Notes under the pieces: model-generated
Seen by the model: the letters and a program-made list of their open reading frames with translations, nothing else
The model's database searches: none
Told to the model about the DNA's origin: nothing
In this document: piece after piece, positions 1 through 8,491 of the stretch
Position numbering within the stretch: the stretch's first letter is position 1
Layout: each line of letters starts with the position of its first letter
DNA from: an uncultured Gammaproteobacteria bacterium
Lineage (GTDB): Bacteria > Patescibacteriota > Microgenomatia > UBA10105 > UBA927
Direction: 5' to 3'
Assembly (NCBI GenBank): GCA_964445435.1
Contig: CAYUKU010000007.1
Location: forward strand, 3,653-67,652
DNA length: 64,000 nucleotides
Made by a program: the position numbers and the translations under genes

Positions 1-1626
1 CTTTTCAACCGCGTGGCAGAGCTCGGACTGCCCGTTGATCGGCGAAGCGGCATCGTTCTTCCCGAGGTGCCGCCGGTAGAGGCGCCGATTGGTTCTCTTG
101 ATGAACTTCGTGACGCGGTAACAACCCGAAGGCAAATTCAGGCGAAAGCGATGGTTCTTGCCCACCTGCGTGATCCGCTCGTCATTCAGGCAAAGGAAGG
201 CGGCTACAACGATCCCAAAGATGTTGGTCTTCCCGATGCGGATACCCTCAACATACTCATGAATCTGACAGAAGAGGATATCGTGCTTCGCCATTATTAT
301 ACTGGCGGTAAGGACAGGGTAAACAAGAATGACGAAGAATGGCACACGGCAGATTACATTTCTATTCGTATCCACGACAAGAGGCGTGGGATTGACGAAG
401 AACGCGATCTTCGTATCCGCATGTTGAGAAACGGTGACTTCCAATATCAGCGGGGCGGCCGATGGTATACGGTCCGCAGCGTCAATTCGCTGCGTCAGGC
501 CTTGGGAAGACCGTTTGGAGCTCATACAGCGGCATACGAACACGACGGATACGCCTACATGGATATGTTTCGGGATCGGCTCGCCCATGAGCGCGGCCGT
601 GCAGGACTCATTTATGTTCTCGGCCAGCTCGAACGATTAGGGGTGAAGGACAAAACGACAGTTGATCAATTCACTTTTCTCGTCCGTCAGCTCATCGTAA
701 GCCCGGAGGGGAATCTTTTCCTGCGCCGCTATGAGAGCAAGACGCGCGAAGAAACCCTGGAATGGCTTCTGACGAACGCAAAGACGCGCAAGGCCATCTC
801 ACGGCTCCTCACGACCCAGGAAACGATGCTTTCGCTCCGTGAACAGATGAAGGAAGACGCGCTGGAATTCATAACCCGATATCAGTACGCCGCGTCTCTT
901 ACGCTCGGGCTTTTTGCGAAAGCAGGACTGACCCATCTCATGCGCGATCCGGATTCCCTCACGAGTCTTGTCGGTTTGGGTGTCGGATGGGGTCTGCTTA
1001 TGAACCGACTCATGGCCCGCGTCAAGCATGGTTACCTTGTCGGATCAGTGGATCATACGATGGTTCAGCTTATGGAGCGCATCACGGGCCACGTTGCCGC
1101 CTTTGGCATGGGAGTATTGCTCTCTGAACCGACGCATGCATTGTTTGAACGGTTCACGGAGCATGCCGATGCTTCAGGTGTGTCAGTGACCCATGAACCG
1201 ACCGCAACCCTCGACGCGCCGGGAGGTCAAACAGTGACTCAGCCTCACTCAGACGGTTCGGGTGTGCCCGTACAGCCGGACGCAGGTGTAGCAGGCACAC
1301 CTCTGCCGTCCGACGCCACTCCTCAGTCCGTCACACCATCACAACCCGCGTTTGATGCCTCGATATACCATGGTGACTGGCAGACGCACATGGTGGAGAT
1401 GGTGAATAAATTAGGTGGCACTCAGGGGTGGATGAACACGATCGACAACAACGGCGTTTCCCAGGCAGAAGTAATGACTCACTGGCAAATTTTGCTGGAT
1501 GGCAGGATTCCCTCAGAGGACCTTTCCCGAATCCTGGACCAGATCGCGCAGACGAAAGACTTTTTTGAGTATATGAACCTCCGCGAAACGCTCCTAAGAG
1601 ATCTTCAAGTTCTCCTGGCTCAGTAA
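1..1626 (+). CDS. Hypothetical protein, 5'-partial, with hydrophobic segments and a Pro/Thr/Gln-rich linker
   Basis: Frame is open from base 1 to TAA at 1626; no recognisable family motif. Confidence 0.75.
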   Translation, partial: LFNRVAELGLPVDRRSGIVLPEVPPVEAPIGSLDELRDAVTTRRQIQAKAMVLAHLRDPLVIQAKEGGYNDPKDVGLPDADTLNILMNLTEEDIVLRHYYTGGKDRVNKNDEEWHTADYISIRIHDKRRGIDEERDLRIRMLRNGDFQYQRGGRWYTVRSVNSLRQALGRPFGAHTAAYEHDGYAYMDMFRDRLAHERGRAGLIYVLGQLERLGVKDKTTVDQFTFLVRQLIVSPEGNLFLRRYESKTREETLEWLLTNAKTRKAISRLLTTQETMLSLREQMKEDALEFITRYQYAASLTLGLFAKAGLTHLMRDPDSLTSLVGLGVGWGLLMNRLMARVKHGYLVGSVDHTMVQLMERITGHVAAFGMGVLLSEPTHALFERFTEHADASGVSVTHEPTATLDAPGGQTVTQPHSDGSGVPVQPDAGVAGTPLPSDATPQSVTPSQPAFDASIYHGDWQTHMVEMVNKLGGTQGWMNTIDNNGVSQAEVMTHWQILLDGRIPSEDLSRILDQIAQTKDFFEYMNLRETLLRDLQVLLAQ

Positions 1627-1643
1627 TTCCAAGCTTCACGTCT

Positions 1644-2702
1644 ATGACAGGTTTTGCTGAAACTGATGAAGGGTATTTTTCCCTTCGAACGATGTTAGAC
1701 CATCCTGAACGTGCTGATAGGCAGTGCTCCCAAGAGGGGGCAATCGTTGCTGCGGCAATGCTTTGGATGTCGTCAGTTGAGAGGGATATAGTTTTGCAGT
1801 ACGCCCAAGGGTCGCATGCATGTTCCGCTTGGGACGCAACGGTCATCATCGCCAGAAGCATGGAGCGTACAGTCCAAAAGCTCGCATCAGTCGGGCTTAC
1901 GTTTGATGAATATATCACTTCATATCAGGGGCTTATGACTGGCGACAATGAAGTGCTACACTTGATAAGTGAAACCGCATTGGCCCGTTTGGGTGAGACG
2001 CTCAAGAATCCTGACACGAAAGCGTTTCATTGGGACAGTCGGTACGGGCGATACACACACGAGCGGCAAAGGATTCATGAGCAGATTGTCCTGCCCCCCC
2101 TGGAGAATTTACGTTCTGCGCGTGTTCCGCGATTTACTATAGTTTTTGGCCCGTTTAGTGCCGGAAAGTCAGAGCAATTTCGCCACCGCGTCGTGACTGA
2201 TACAAATACGCTTGTGATCGATCCGGACGCATTTCGTCCCGAACTCATTGACCATTTTGATCCGGCGAATCACGCGCACGTGCGCGCAACCAACCGTGAA
2301 GTCGCAGATGTCTGTGATATGCAATTTTCAGAAGCGGTAAAGCGAGGTATTTCACTTGTGAGTGAAACATCCCTCCGCGATCTTCCATGGTGGATGCATG
2401 CAGTAACGGATTTAAAAGGCCGGGGATATACCGTTGATGCATATATGGTGCATCGGTCTCTGGCGGAATGTCTCCAGCGGACGATTGCCTATCGCGATCG
2501 GCCTGCTATGATTGCAGATTACCTAGCGCTGATAGAAAGATACCGCACATTTGAGCGTTTTATCGATCAGGCGCCTGTTGATAACATCTATTTTACCGAC
2601 ATGACGGGTGTTGGGAGCATATTTGAGCCAGTTCCGTGCCCCTTGACGCGAGACACTGTTGAAAGAATCACTGCCAACCCGCGCGTTGTCGCGTTGGATT
2701 AG
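1644..2702 (+). CDS. Zeta-toxin-like P-loop kinase with N-terminal extension
   Basis: Walker A GPFSAGKS; LVIDPDAFRPEL; SLVSETSL; LKGRGYTVDAYMV...ECLQR, as in the Zeta_toxin/AAA_33 family. Confidence 0.7.
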   Translation: MTGFAETDEGYFSLRTMLDHPERADRQCSQEGAIVAAAMLWMSSVERDIVLQYAQGSHACSAWDATVIIARSMERTVQKLASVGLTFDEYITSYQGLMTGDNEVLHLISETALARLGETLKNPDTKAFHWDSRYGRYTHERQRIHEQIVLPPLENLRSARVPRFTIVFGPFSAGKSEQFRHRVVTDTNTLVIDPDAFRPELIDHFDPANHAHVRATNREVADVCDMQFSEAVKRGISLVSETSLRDLPWWMHAVTDLKGRGYTVDAYMVHRSLAECLQRTIAYRDRPAMIADYLALIERYRTFERFIDQAPVDNIYFTDMTGVGSIFEPVPCPLTRDTVERITANPRVVALD

Positions 2703-2716
2703 CTTTCAAAGAAAAA

Positions 2717-2744
2717 TTCAAAGCTAAGCTTTGATTGTCTAGAG
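2717..2744 (+). repeat. REP-like palindrome family A, copy 1 (TTCAAAGCTAAGCTTTGA plus flank TTGTCTAGAG)
   Basis: Palindromic core recurs 8 times in the window. Confidence 0.9.
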
Positions 2745-2810
2745 ACTGTTGGAACGCTCTAGAAAATTGATGAGGATGGCCTTTAACGAATATTTATATT
2801 TCACCATCGC

Positions 2811-2838
2811 TTTACGTATCTGCGAATTCCTTTATAAT
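2811..2838 (+). promoter_or_regulatory. Sigma70 promoter of lepA (leaderless)
   Basis: TTTACG-16-TATAAT, 7 nt before ATG 2846, no SD. Confidence 0.6.
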
Positions 2839-2845
2839 CAGCTTC

Positions 2846-4747
2846 ATGGATCAGTCTCATATTCGTAATTTCGCTATCATCGCGCACATCGATCACGGTA
2901 AATCCACCCTTGCTGACCGTTTGTTGGAGCTTACCGGCACTGTGGCCAAACGGGAGATGCAGGAGCAGCTTCTTGATAGTAACCCGATCGAGCGCGAACG
3001 GGGCATTACCATCAAGCTCGCTCCCGTGCGGATGGCATACCAGGGGTACGTCCTCAATCTCATCGACACGCCGGGCCATGTAGACTTTGGGTACGAGGTG
3101 AGCCGCAGTCTCGCTGCGTGCGAAGGGGCTATTCTCGTCGTGGATGCCACGCAGGGAGTGCAGGCGCAGACGCTCGCCAATCTTTACCAGGCCCGCGCAC
3201 ACAATCTCAGAATTATTCCCGTCATTAACAAAATCGACATGCCCCACGCACGTATCGATGAAACCAGACGGGAGCTGCGCGAGCTTGGCTTCAAAAACGA
3301 AGAGATGATCGAGATTTCCGCAAAAGTTGGCACTAATGTCGATCAAGTGCTAGATGCTATTATTCGGATTGTTCCGGAGCCCAAAGGCAATTTTGGCAAA
3401 CCCCTACGCGCGCTTATTTTTTCCTCGCAATACGACCCACATAAAGGCGTCGTCGTTTTTGTCCGTGTTGTTGACGGACGAATTGATTTCTCGCCCAATC
3501 TTCGGCTCAAGTTCTTCGCCACATCATCAGAAGTCACTCCGATCGAGACTGGCTATTTCATCCCGAAGATGACCGAATCCAAGTCACTGGCAACAGGGGA
3601 AGTCGGATATATCGCAACAGGCCTCAAAGACGTACGATTTGCGAAAGTGGGGGACACGATCACGATGGGCAAAGCGGTGAATCCGAAAGAAAGCGCACCT
3701 CAGGCAAGCGAGCCGCTTCCCGGCTACAAAGAACCCAAGCCTATGGTTTTTTTGAGCCTGTTTCCCATTTCCGCCGATGAGTTGAGCGCCGCACGCGAGG
3801 CTATGGAGAAATTGCGCCTGAGCGACAGTGCATTCACGTTCCGGCCCATCTCCTCGCTTGCCCTGGGAAACGGCTTCCACTGCGGATTTCTGGGCCTTCT
3901 TCATGCCGAGATCGTTCAGGAGCGCCTGAGTCGTGAATTTGACCTCAATATGATTGCAACCGCCCCGTCCGTCGAGTATCACCTGAGACTCAAACCGGGT
4001 GTCTCCCTCTCCAAGCTTGGGTTTACTGCGTCTTCGCTCCTTGATGCTGATGAGCAGGTGACGGACGCGGGGGGAAAGCCCGCAGCAAGACCCGGTCAGG
4101 ATGTGTTAATTCAATCCGCCGCAGAATTTCCTGACCCCACGTACATCGATGGAGTGAAAGAGCCGATCATGGAAGTGACGATCTTCACGCCCAAGAAATA
4201 CGTCGGCGCCATCATGCAGCTTGCTCAGGAGAAGCGGGGAGAATATATCGATCTTAAATACCTGGGAGAGCAGGCGGAATTTACCTACCTTATACCGCTG
4301 TCAGAAATGATTATTGATTTTTTTGACCGGCTCAAGAGTATTTCCGAGGGGTATGCGAGTCTGGATTATGAATTTTTTGAGTTTCAGGCTGTCGATGTAG
4401 TGAAAATTGATATTTTGGTGAATAAAGAAAAAGTTGACGCGCTGGCATTTCTTGCCGTGCGCGATCAGGCACACCATCGGGGAATAGCGATTGTGGATCG
4501 GTTGGCTGAGGTCATCCCCAGGCAGCAATTTGAGATCCCCATACAGGCTGCAATCGGCGGGCAGATCGTCGCCCGCTCAGATGTGAAAGCATTTCGAAAA
4601 GACGTAATCCAGAAGCTCTACGGGGGCGACAGAACGAGGAAAGACAAGCTCCTCAAAAAGCAGGCCAAAGGCAAGGCGAAGATGAAGATGATCGGCCGCG
4701 TAGAGATACCACAAACGGCATTTTTTGAGGTATTAAAACGCGAGTAA
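2846..4747 (+). CDS. lepA: Elongation factor 4 (LepA)
   Basis: IRNFAIIAHIDHGKSTLADR, ERERGITIK, DTPGHVDF, C-terminal YGGDRTRKDKLLKKQAKGK. Confidence 0.98.
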   Translation: MDQSHIRNFAIIAHIDHGKSTLADRLLELTGTVAKREMQEQLLDSNPIERERGITIKLAPVRMAYQGYVLNLIDTPGHVDFGYEVSRSLAACEGAILVVDATQGVQAQTLANLYQARAHNLRIIPVINKIDMPHARIDETRRELRELGFKNEEMIEISAKVGTNVDQVLDAIIRIVPEPKGNFGKPLRALIFSSQYDPHKGVVVFVRVVDGRIDFSPNLRLKFFATSSEVTPIETGYFIPKMTESKSLATGEVGYIATGLKDVRFAKVGDTITMGKAVNPKESAPQASEPLPGYKEPKPMVFLSLFPISADELSAAREAMEKLRLSDSAFTFRPISSLALGNGFHCGFLGLLHAEIVQERLSREFDLNMIATAPSVEYHLRLKPGVSLSKLGFTASSLLDADEQVTDAGGKPAARPGQDVLIQSAAEFPDPTYIDGVKEPIMEVTIFTPKKYVGAIMQLAQEKRGEYIDLKYLGEQAEFTYLIPLSEMIIDFFDRLKSISEGYASLDYEFFEFQAVDVVKIDILVNKEKVDALAFLAVRDQAHHRGIAIVDRLAEVIPRQQFEIPIQAAIGGQIVARSDVKAFRKDVIQKLYGGDRTRKDKLLKKQAKGKAKMKMIGRVEIPQTAFFEVLKRE

Positions 4748-4768
4748 TCGTGCCGCATCATCGAGGGG

Positions 4769-5146
4769 ATGAAGCATCATGGTTTCGCCCCGACGATGCA
4801 ATTCGTCTGGTTTTTGACCGTGATGGGTCAACTGATGGCGCTCATCTTCACCTACGTCTTGGGTCAGGGTAAGCCGGTGTTCGGCGAGACACTCGCGGTG
4901 CAGATGTACTTCCTGGCGAATCTCGCAAGCGCAGTGCTCGCACTAGTCGTGCTCTTTACGTTCTACGAGCACGGCTTGTCTGCCGGACTGGCTGGCGCGG
5001 GTGCACTTCTTGCACTCCCGATGGTGTGGATTCGGCAGATTCCCGATTCGCCGTGGACGATCACGGTGCCGCAGGTCACGGTCATCCTTCTGTTGATCGC
5101 GTGCTACGCGCACGGGTATCTCCACAGGGTGGATAAAAAGCAGTGA
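4769..5146 (+). CDS. Four-TM membrane protein
   Basis: Four hydrophobic stretches; GAGGGG before ATG. Confidence 0.7.
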   Translation: MKHHGFAPTMQFVWFLTVMGQLMALIFTYVLGQGKPVFGETLAVQMYFLANLASAVLALVVLFTFYEHGLSAGLAGAGALLALPMVWIRQIPDSPWTITVPQVTVILLLIACYAHGYLHRVDKKQ

Positions 5147-5254
5147 CCTGCCAAATGATGACATCTGCCCGCCTGGGTTTGAGAAATTGTTCCGCGTGCG
5201 GTTGTTATCATTTGACAACTTGCAAATTCGACCCAAAGACCATACGCTACGTAT

Positions 5255-5404
5255 ATGGCACCGCAAAAGCTGGCATCAGATGAATTAGAAGCCAAGAAAA
5301 CACGCCTTCTTGTGAACCTGAAATCCATCCGTAAATACCTTCTTGCCAAGCAAAAACTTTCTTCAGCCTTGAAGGATCTTCAAAAAGATTTTAATAGCAA
5401 ATAG
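5255..5404 (+). CDS. 49-aa basic small protein (not in ORF track)
   Basis: MAPQKLASDELEAKKTRLLVNLKSIRKYLLAKQKLSSALKDLQKDFNSK; TAG ends 2 nt before the next ATG. Confidence 0.5.
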   Translation: MAPQKLASDELEAKKTRLLVNLKSIRKYLLAKQKLSSALKDLQKDFNSK

Positions 5405-5406
5405 CT

Positions 5407-6429
5407 ATGCCAGAAGAAGCAGATGTCCGGTTGTTTGCTGAAGCCGTCGCAGATGCGGCGGCCAGCCAATTTCCTGACGCTAAGCCGAGGGGAGAGTGGA
5501 ATACCAACCCGGATGAGGATTTAGCAGCTGCGTTGGGAAGTATTATCGAGCAAGAAGAGCCGGAGCAGGCACTCAAAATCGTCGAACAGGTGATTTCCTA
5601 TGTTGAAAAAGGCGGTGAGCACCTGACGCTTCAGGATGTCGACCGGGCGCTGGATGTCAGCGATCAGCTCGTGAAGTTCCTGAAAAAAGAAGCCACCCGG
5701 GAAAAGCGTCAGAGCACGGTCGCTGAGGGTGAATTAACGTTCACCGACCGCGTGCAGCGATTTTTTGGTGGCGAGAACGAGCATATTAAAAAAGCGCGCA
5801 TCGAGGCCAAGCAAGCGGAAAAAGCAGGCAAGAAGGTGGAAAAGAGCCGTGATCAGAATACGAGACTGGATGACGCGATAGATGACATGATCATCACCCA
5901 AGTCTGCGCCATTTCGCCCTCTTTTAAAATAATTGTAGAATCCCAGGATGAGTTAGTGGGAGTGCTGAAAGCAACCGACGGCGTGAAAGATGCCGCTGAT
6001 TCGCTTGAGTCGGCAGGAGTGATAGATGTAGTAGATGCGGATATGGGAAATAGTGTAGTAAACATGGCCATGGAGATGAGCGATAATCTGATCGTTAGCG
6101 CCGCCCGCGATGAGGTAGAGGAAGCCGTGAAGCGCTTGAATGCCGCACTTCGTAAATTCAACGAGACGGATTTTGAAGCAACGCGAAGCGCATTCGCGGA
6201 ATTCGTCGATTCCATAGATGCAACCATGGAGCTTTTGGATACAACCGACGGATTTGGAGCATTTGACGCACTTGATCTTATCGGAGCGCTCCAGACTATG
6301 GACGATGCGGCTGATATTCGTGGGAAAGCGTTGGAGATTGAAGCAGCTTTTGAACATCGTCTGGAAACGGCAGAGCGCTTTATCATGGGGGTAGTTGAGA
6401 ATATTCGTGCAGAGTTGGGTATCCAATAA
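5407..6429 (+). CDS. Acidic helical/coiled-coil hypothetical protein
   Basis: 340-aa ORF rich in A/D/E. Confidence 0.8.
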   Translation: MPEEADVRLFAEAVADAAASQFPDAKPRGEWNTNPDEDLAAALGSIIEQEEPEQALKIVEQVISYVEKGGEHLTLQDVDRALDVSDQLVKFLKKEATREKRQSTVAEGELTFTDRVQRFFGGENEHIKKARIEAKQAEKAGKKVEKSRDQNTRLDDAIDDMIITQVCAISPSFKIIVESQDELVGVLKATDGVKDAADSLESAGVIDVVDADMGNSVVNMAMEMSDNLIVSAARDEVEEAVKRLNAALRKFNETDFEATRSAFAEFVDSIDATMELLDTTDGFGAFDALDLIGALQTMDDAADIRGKALEIEAAFEHRLETAERFIMGVVENIRAELGIQ

Positions 6430-6437
6430 TTCAAAGT

Positions 6438-6470
6438 TTTCAAAGCTAAGCTTTGAAATTCTTTAGAGCG
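6438..6470 (+). repeat. REP-like palindrome family A, copy 2
   Basis: TTTCAAAGCTAAGCTTTGAAA plus flank TTCTTTAGAGCG. Confidence 0.9.
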
Positions 6471-6530
6471 TTTTGATGGGCCGGGAAAAAGGATACCCTG
6501 TCATTTTTTGCAGATGGTATACTCATTTTA

Positions 6531-7211
6531 GTGAAACGATTGGTATATATTCTCCTTCTGGTTAGTCTGTTTCTTAATGGCATATATACATTGCGTTCCT
6601 GGCGTTCCCAGATAGTCGCATCCGTTCCGGATGGAGATAGTCTCCAGTTGGCAGACGGCAGGCGGGTGCGGCTTTTGGGTGTTGATGCGCCGGAGCGCGG
6701 CAGGTGCATGAGCGACGAAGCGCGTCTTCTCTTGGATGCGATTGCCCGCGGCAAGCACGTCCGGCTGAAAAATGTCGTCCAGGACGATTACGGACGCGTC
6801 CTTGCCAATGTCATCATTGAGGACTTCCGCACTTGGACGGCATATCTCCACTATCGGTATTTCTCGGACGGGAAAAACACCGCCGACCCGTACCTCAACC
6901 GTGTTATGGTACGAAATGGTTTAGCACGGTTTGAGTCAGTTGAGGGAGAGTACAAGAAAACGTTAACCGAGGCCTCTCAAGAAGCAAAAGAACATCACCG
7001 CGGCATCTACTCAGGCGTCTGTCGCAAGCCGGCACCGTCCGACGGATGTGCGATCAAGGGAAACATACGGGAAGGCAAGCCGGTCTACTATATGCCAAAC
7101 TGCAAATACTACGATCAGGTGATTGTGGATGAAGCTTTTGGTGACCGGTGGTTCTGCTCGGAGAAAGAAGCCAAAGACGCCGGATTTGCATTTGCCCCTT
7201 CGTGTGATTAG
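6531..7211 (+). CDS. Thermonuclease (SNase) family protein with C-terminal IKGNI...WFCSE domain
   Basis: DGDS, VRLLGVDAPE, DDYGRVLA, MVRNGLAR; N-terminal signal anchor. Confidence 0.9.
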   Translation: MKRLVYILLLVSLFLNGIYTLRSWRSQIVASVPDGDSLQLADGRRVRLLGVDAPERGRCMSDEARLLLDAIARGKHVRLKNVVQDDYGRVLANVIIEDFRTWTAYLHYRYFSDGKNTADPYLNRVMVRNGLARFESVEGEYKKTLTEASQEAKEHHRGIYSGVCRKPAPSDGCAIKGNIREGKPVYYMPNCKYYDQVIVDEAFGDRWFCSEKEAKDAGFAFAPSCD

Positions 7212-7290
7212 GCGGCATCATAACAATTGTCTCATCCGATATTCTATGCATCCGAATACCGGATGAGACATACGTTTTCGCACAGGCAGG

Positions 7291-7632
7291 TTAGACCAAG
7301 ACGGCGACAGCGACTCCGAGAGTGGATGCGCCGCACGCGTGCATAAGCGCGAAGACAATATCGTACTCTCTGCTATACGGGTCATACCATTGCGTTGTGT
7401 TTCTGACGCCGCAGGCAAGAGCGAGCACGAGTTGCGCAGCCACAATCGCGACTGGCATGACGTCAAAAAGCAGAAACGCGCCAGTCAAAAGGGCCATAGC
7501 AAGCACAATATTCCACCGCTTGCCGAACGCGAGCTCGCGTTGCGCGGGCGAGAGTGTCACCATCGCGATGCCGGTTGCCACCAGTTGCAAGGCGGTCAAG
7601 ATTCCTGCCCAAACACCAGGGTGTGAAACCAT
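7291..7632 (-). CDS. Small membrane protein
   Basis: AAGGAGG SD; four hydrophobic segments. Confidence 0.7.
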   Translation of the reverse strand: MVSHPGVWAGILTALQLVATGIAMVTLSPAQRELAFGKRWNIVLAMALLTGAFLLFDVMPVAIVAAQLVLALACGVRNTTQWYDPYSREYDIVFALMHACGASTLGVAVAVLV

Positions 7633-7768
7633 GAGGCTTCCTCCTTTCTCCCCAAAGATGTAGATGTGCGAAAGATTGGCTGTTCGTATCGAGAGAGTAA
7701 GCTGAAATTACACGCTTTTCTCAATCCAAACGCCGTTTGCGGGAGTATAACACGTGGAGGCTATGGCC

Positions 7769-8491
7769 TCAAACACGCTCGACTCTGATTCCTAAGAGCC
7801 GCGAGAGGCCGGTTTTGAGCCCCCAGGAGGCCACAAGAAGCACGATATTGACTCCCAGGACTATTCCCAGCGATTGGGTGAGCGTGGTGAGCGTGCGCAC
7901 GGCGATCTCAAGCAGGGGCCCGGTGAGCGCGAGCCGGAAGCCGTAGAAGTAGGCAGCCGTGGCAAAGCCGCCCATCACGATGGCAAACGGGATGAATCCG
8001 GCGAGGTCCTCAGGAGAAGAAAACATGGAATTGGAGACGGCGAATATGGCGTACCCGGCAAGAAGAAGCAGGTAGAAATCCGTATTTTCAAAAAAAGGTA
8101 TCCCGGACGAGAAAACAGACGCTACCAAGCCGGGCAGAAAATATGAAATCGCGGTCAGCACAATCATTCCCCAGAAAAGCGGAGCCAGACCAATGGCATA
8201 CCGACGGAACGGATCGGATGCACCGATCATCACACTGCCGCTTCTGATGTTTCCTCCCCGCAGGTTTTCCGGTACCAGCGACAATTTTCCTGTCGCAACG
8301 CGCAGAATTTCGGCAGTGAACAAGTGGGACAATTCATGGACAACCGTGCCGGGGAACAGAAGAAACAACAGAATCGACAGCGACACTGTTTGTGAACGGA
8401 AGAGCATAAGAAGCACATCAAACATCGCCTTCGTCAGCCACTGGGAGAGAACATAGAGAAGAATAAGTTCGCCAACGAGGGTCCACGTCAT
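7769..8491 (-). CDS. M50-like membrane metalloprotease
   Basis: FPGTVVHELSH (HExxH) in a multi-TM protein; IGLAP motif. Confidence 0.75.
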   Translation of the reverse strand: MTWTLVGELILLYVLSQWLTKAMFDVLLMLFRSQTVSLSILLFLLFPGTVVHELSHLFTAEILRVATGKLSLVPENLRGGNIRSGSVMIGASDPFRRYAIGLAPLFWGMIVLTAISYFLPGLVASVFSSGIPFFENTDFYLLLLAGYAIFAVSNSMFSSPEDLAGFIPFAIVMGGFATAAYFYGFRLALTGPLLEIAVRTLTTLTQSLGIVLGVNIVLLVASWGLKTGLSRLLGIRVERV

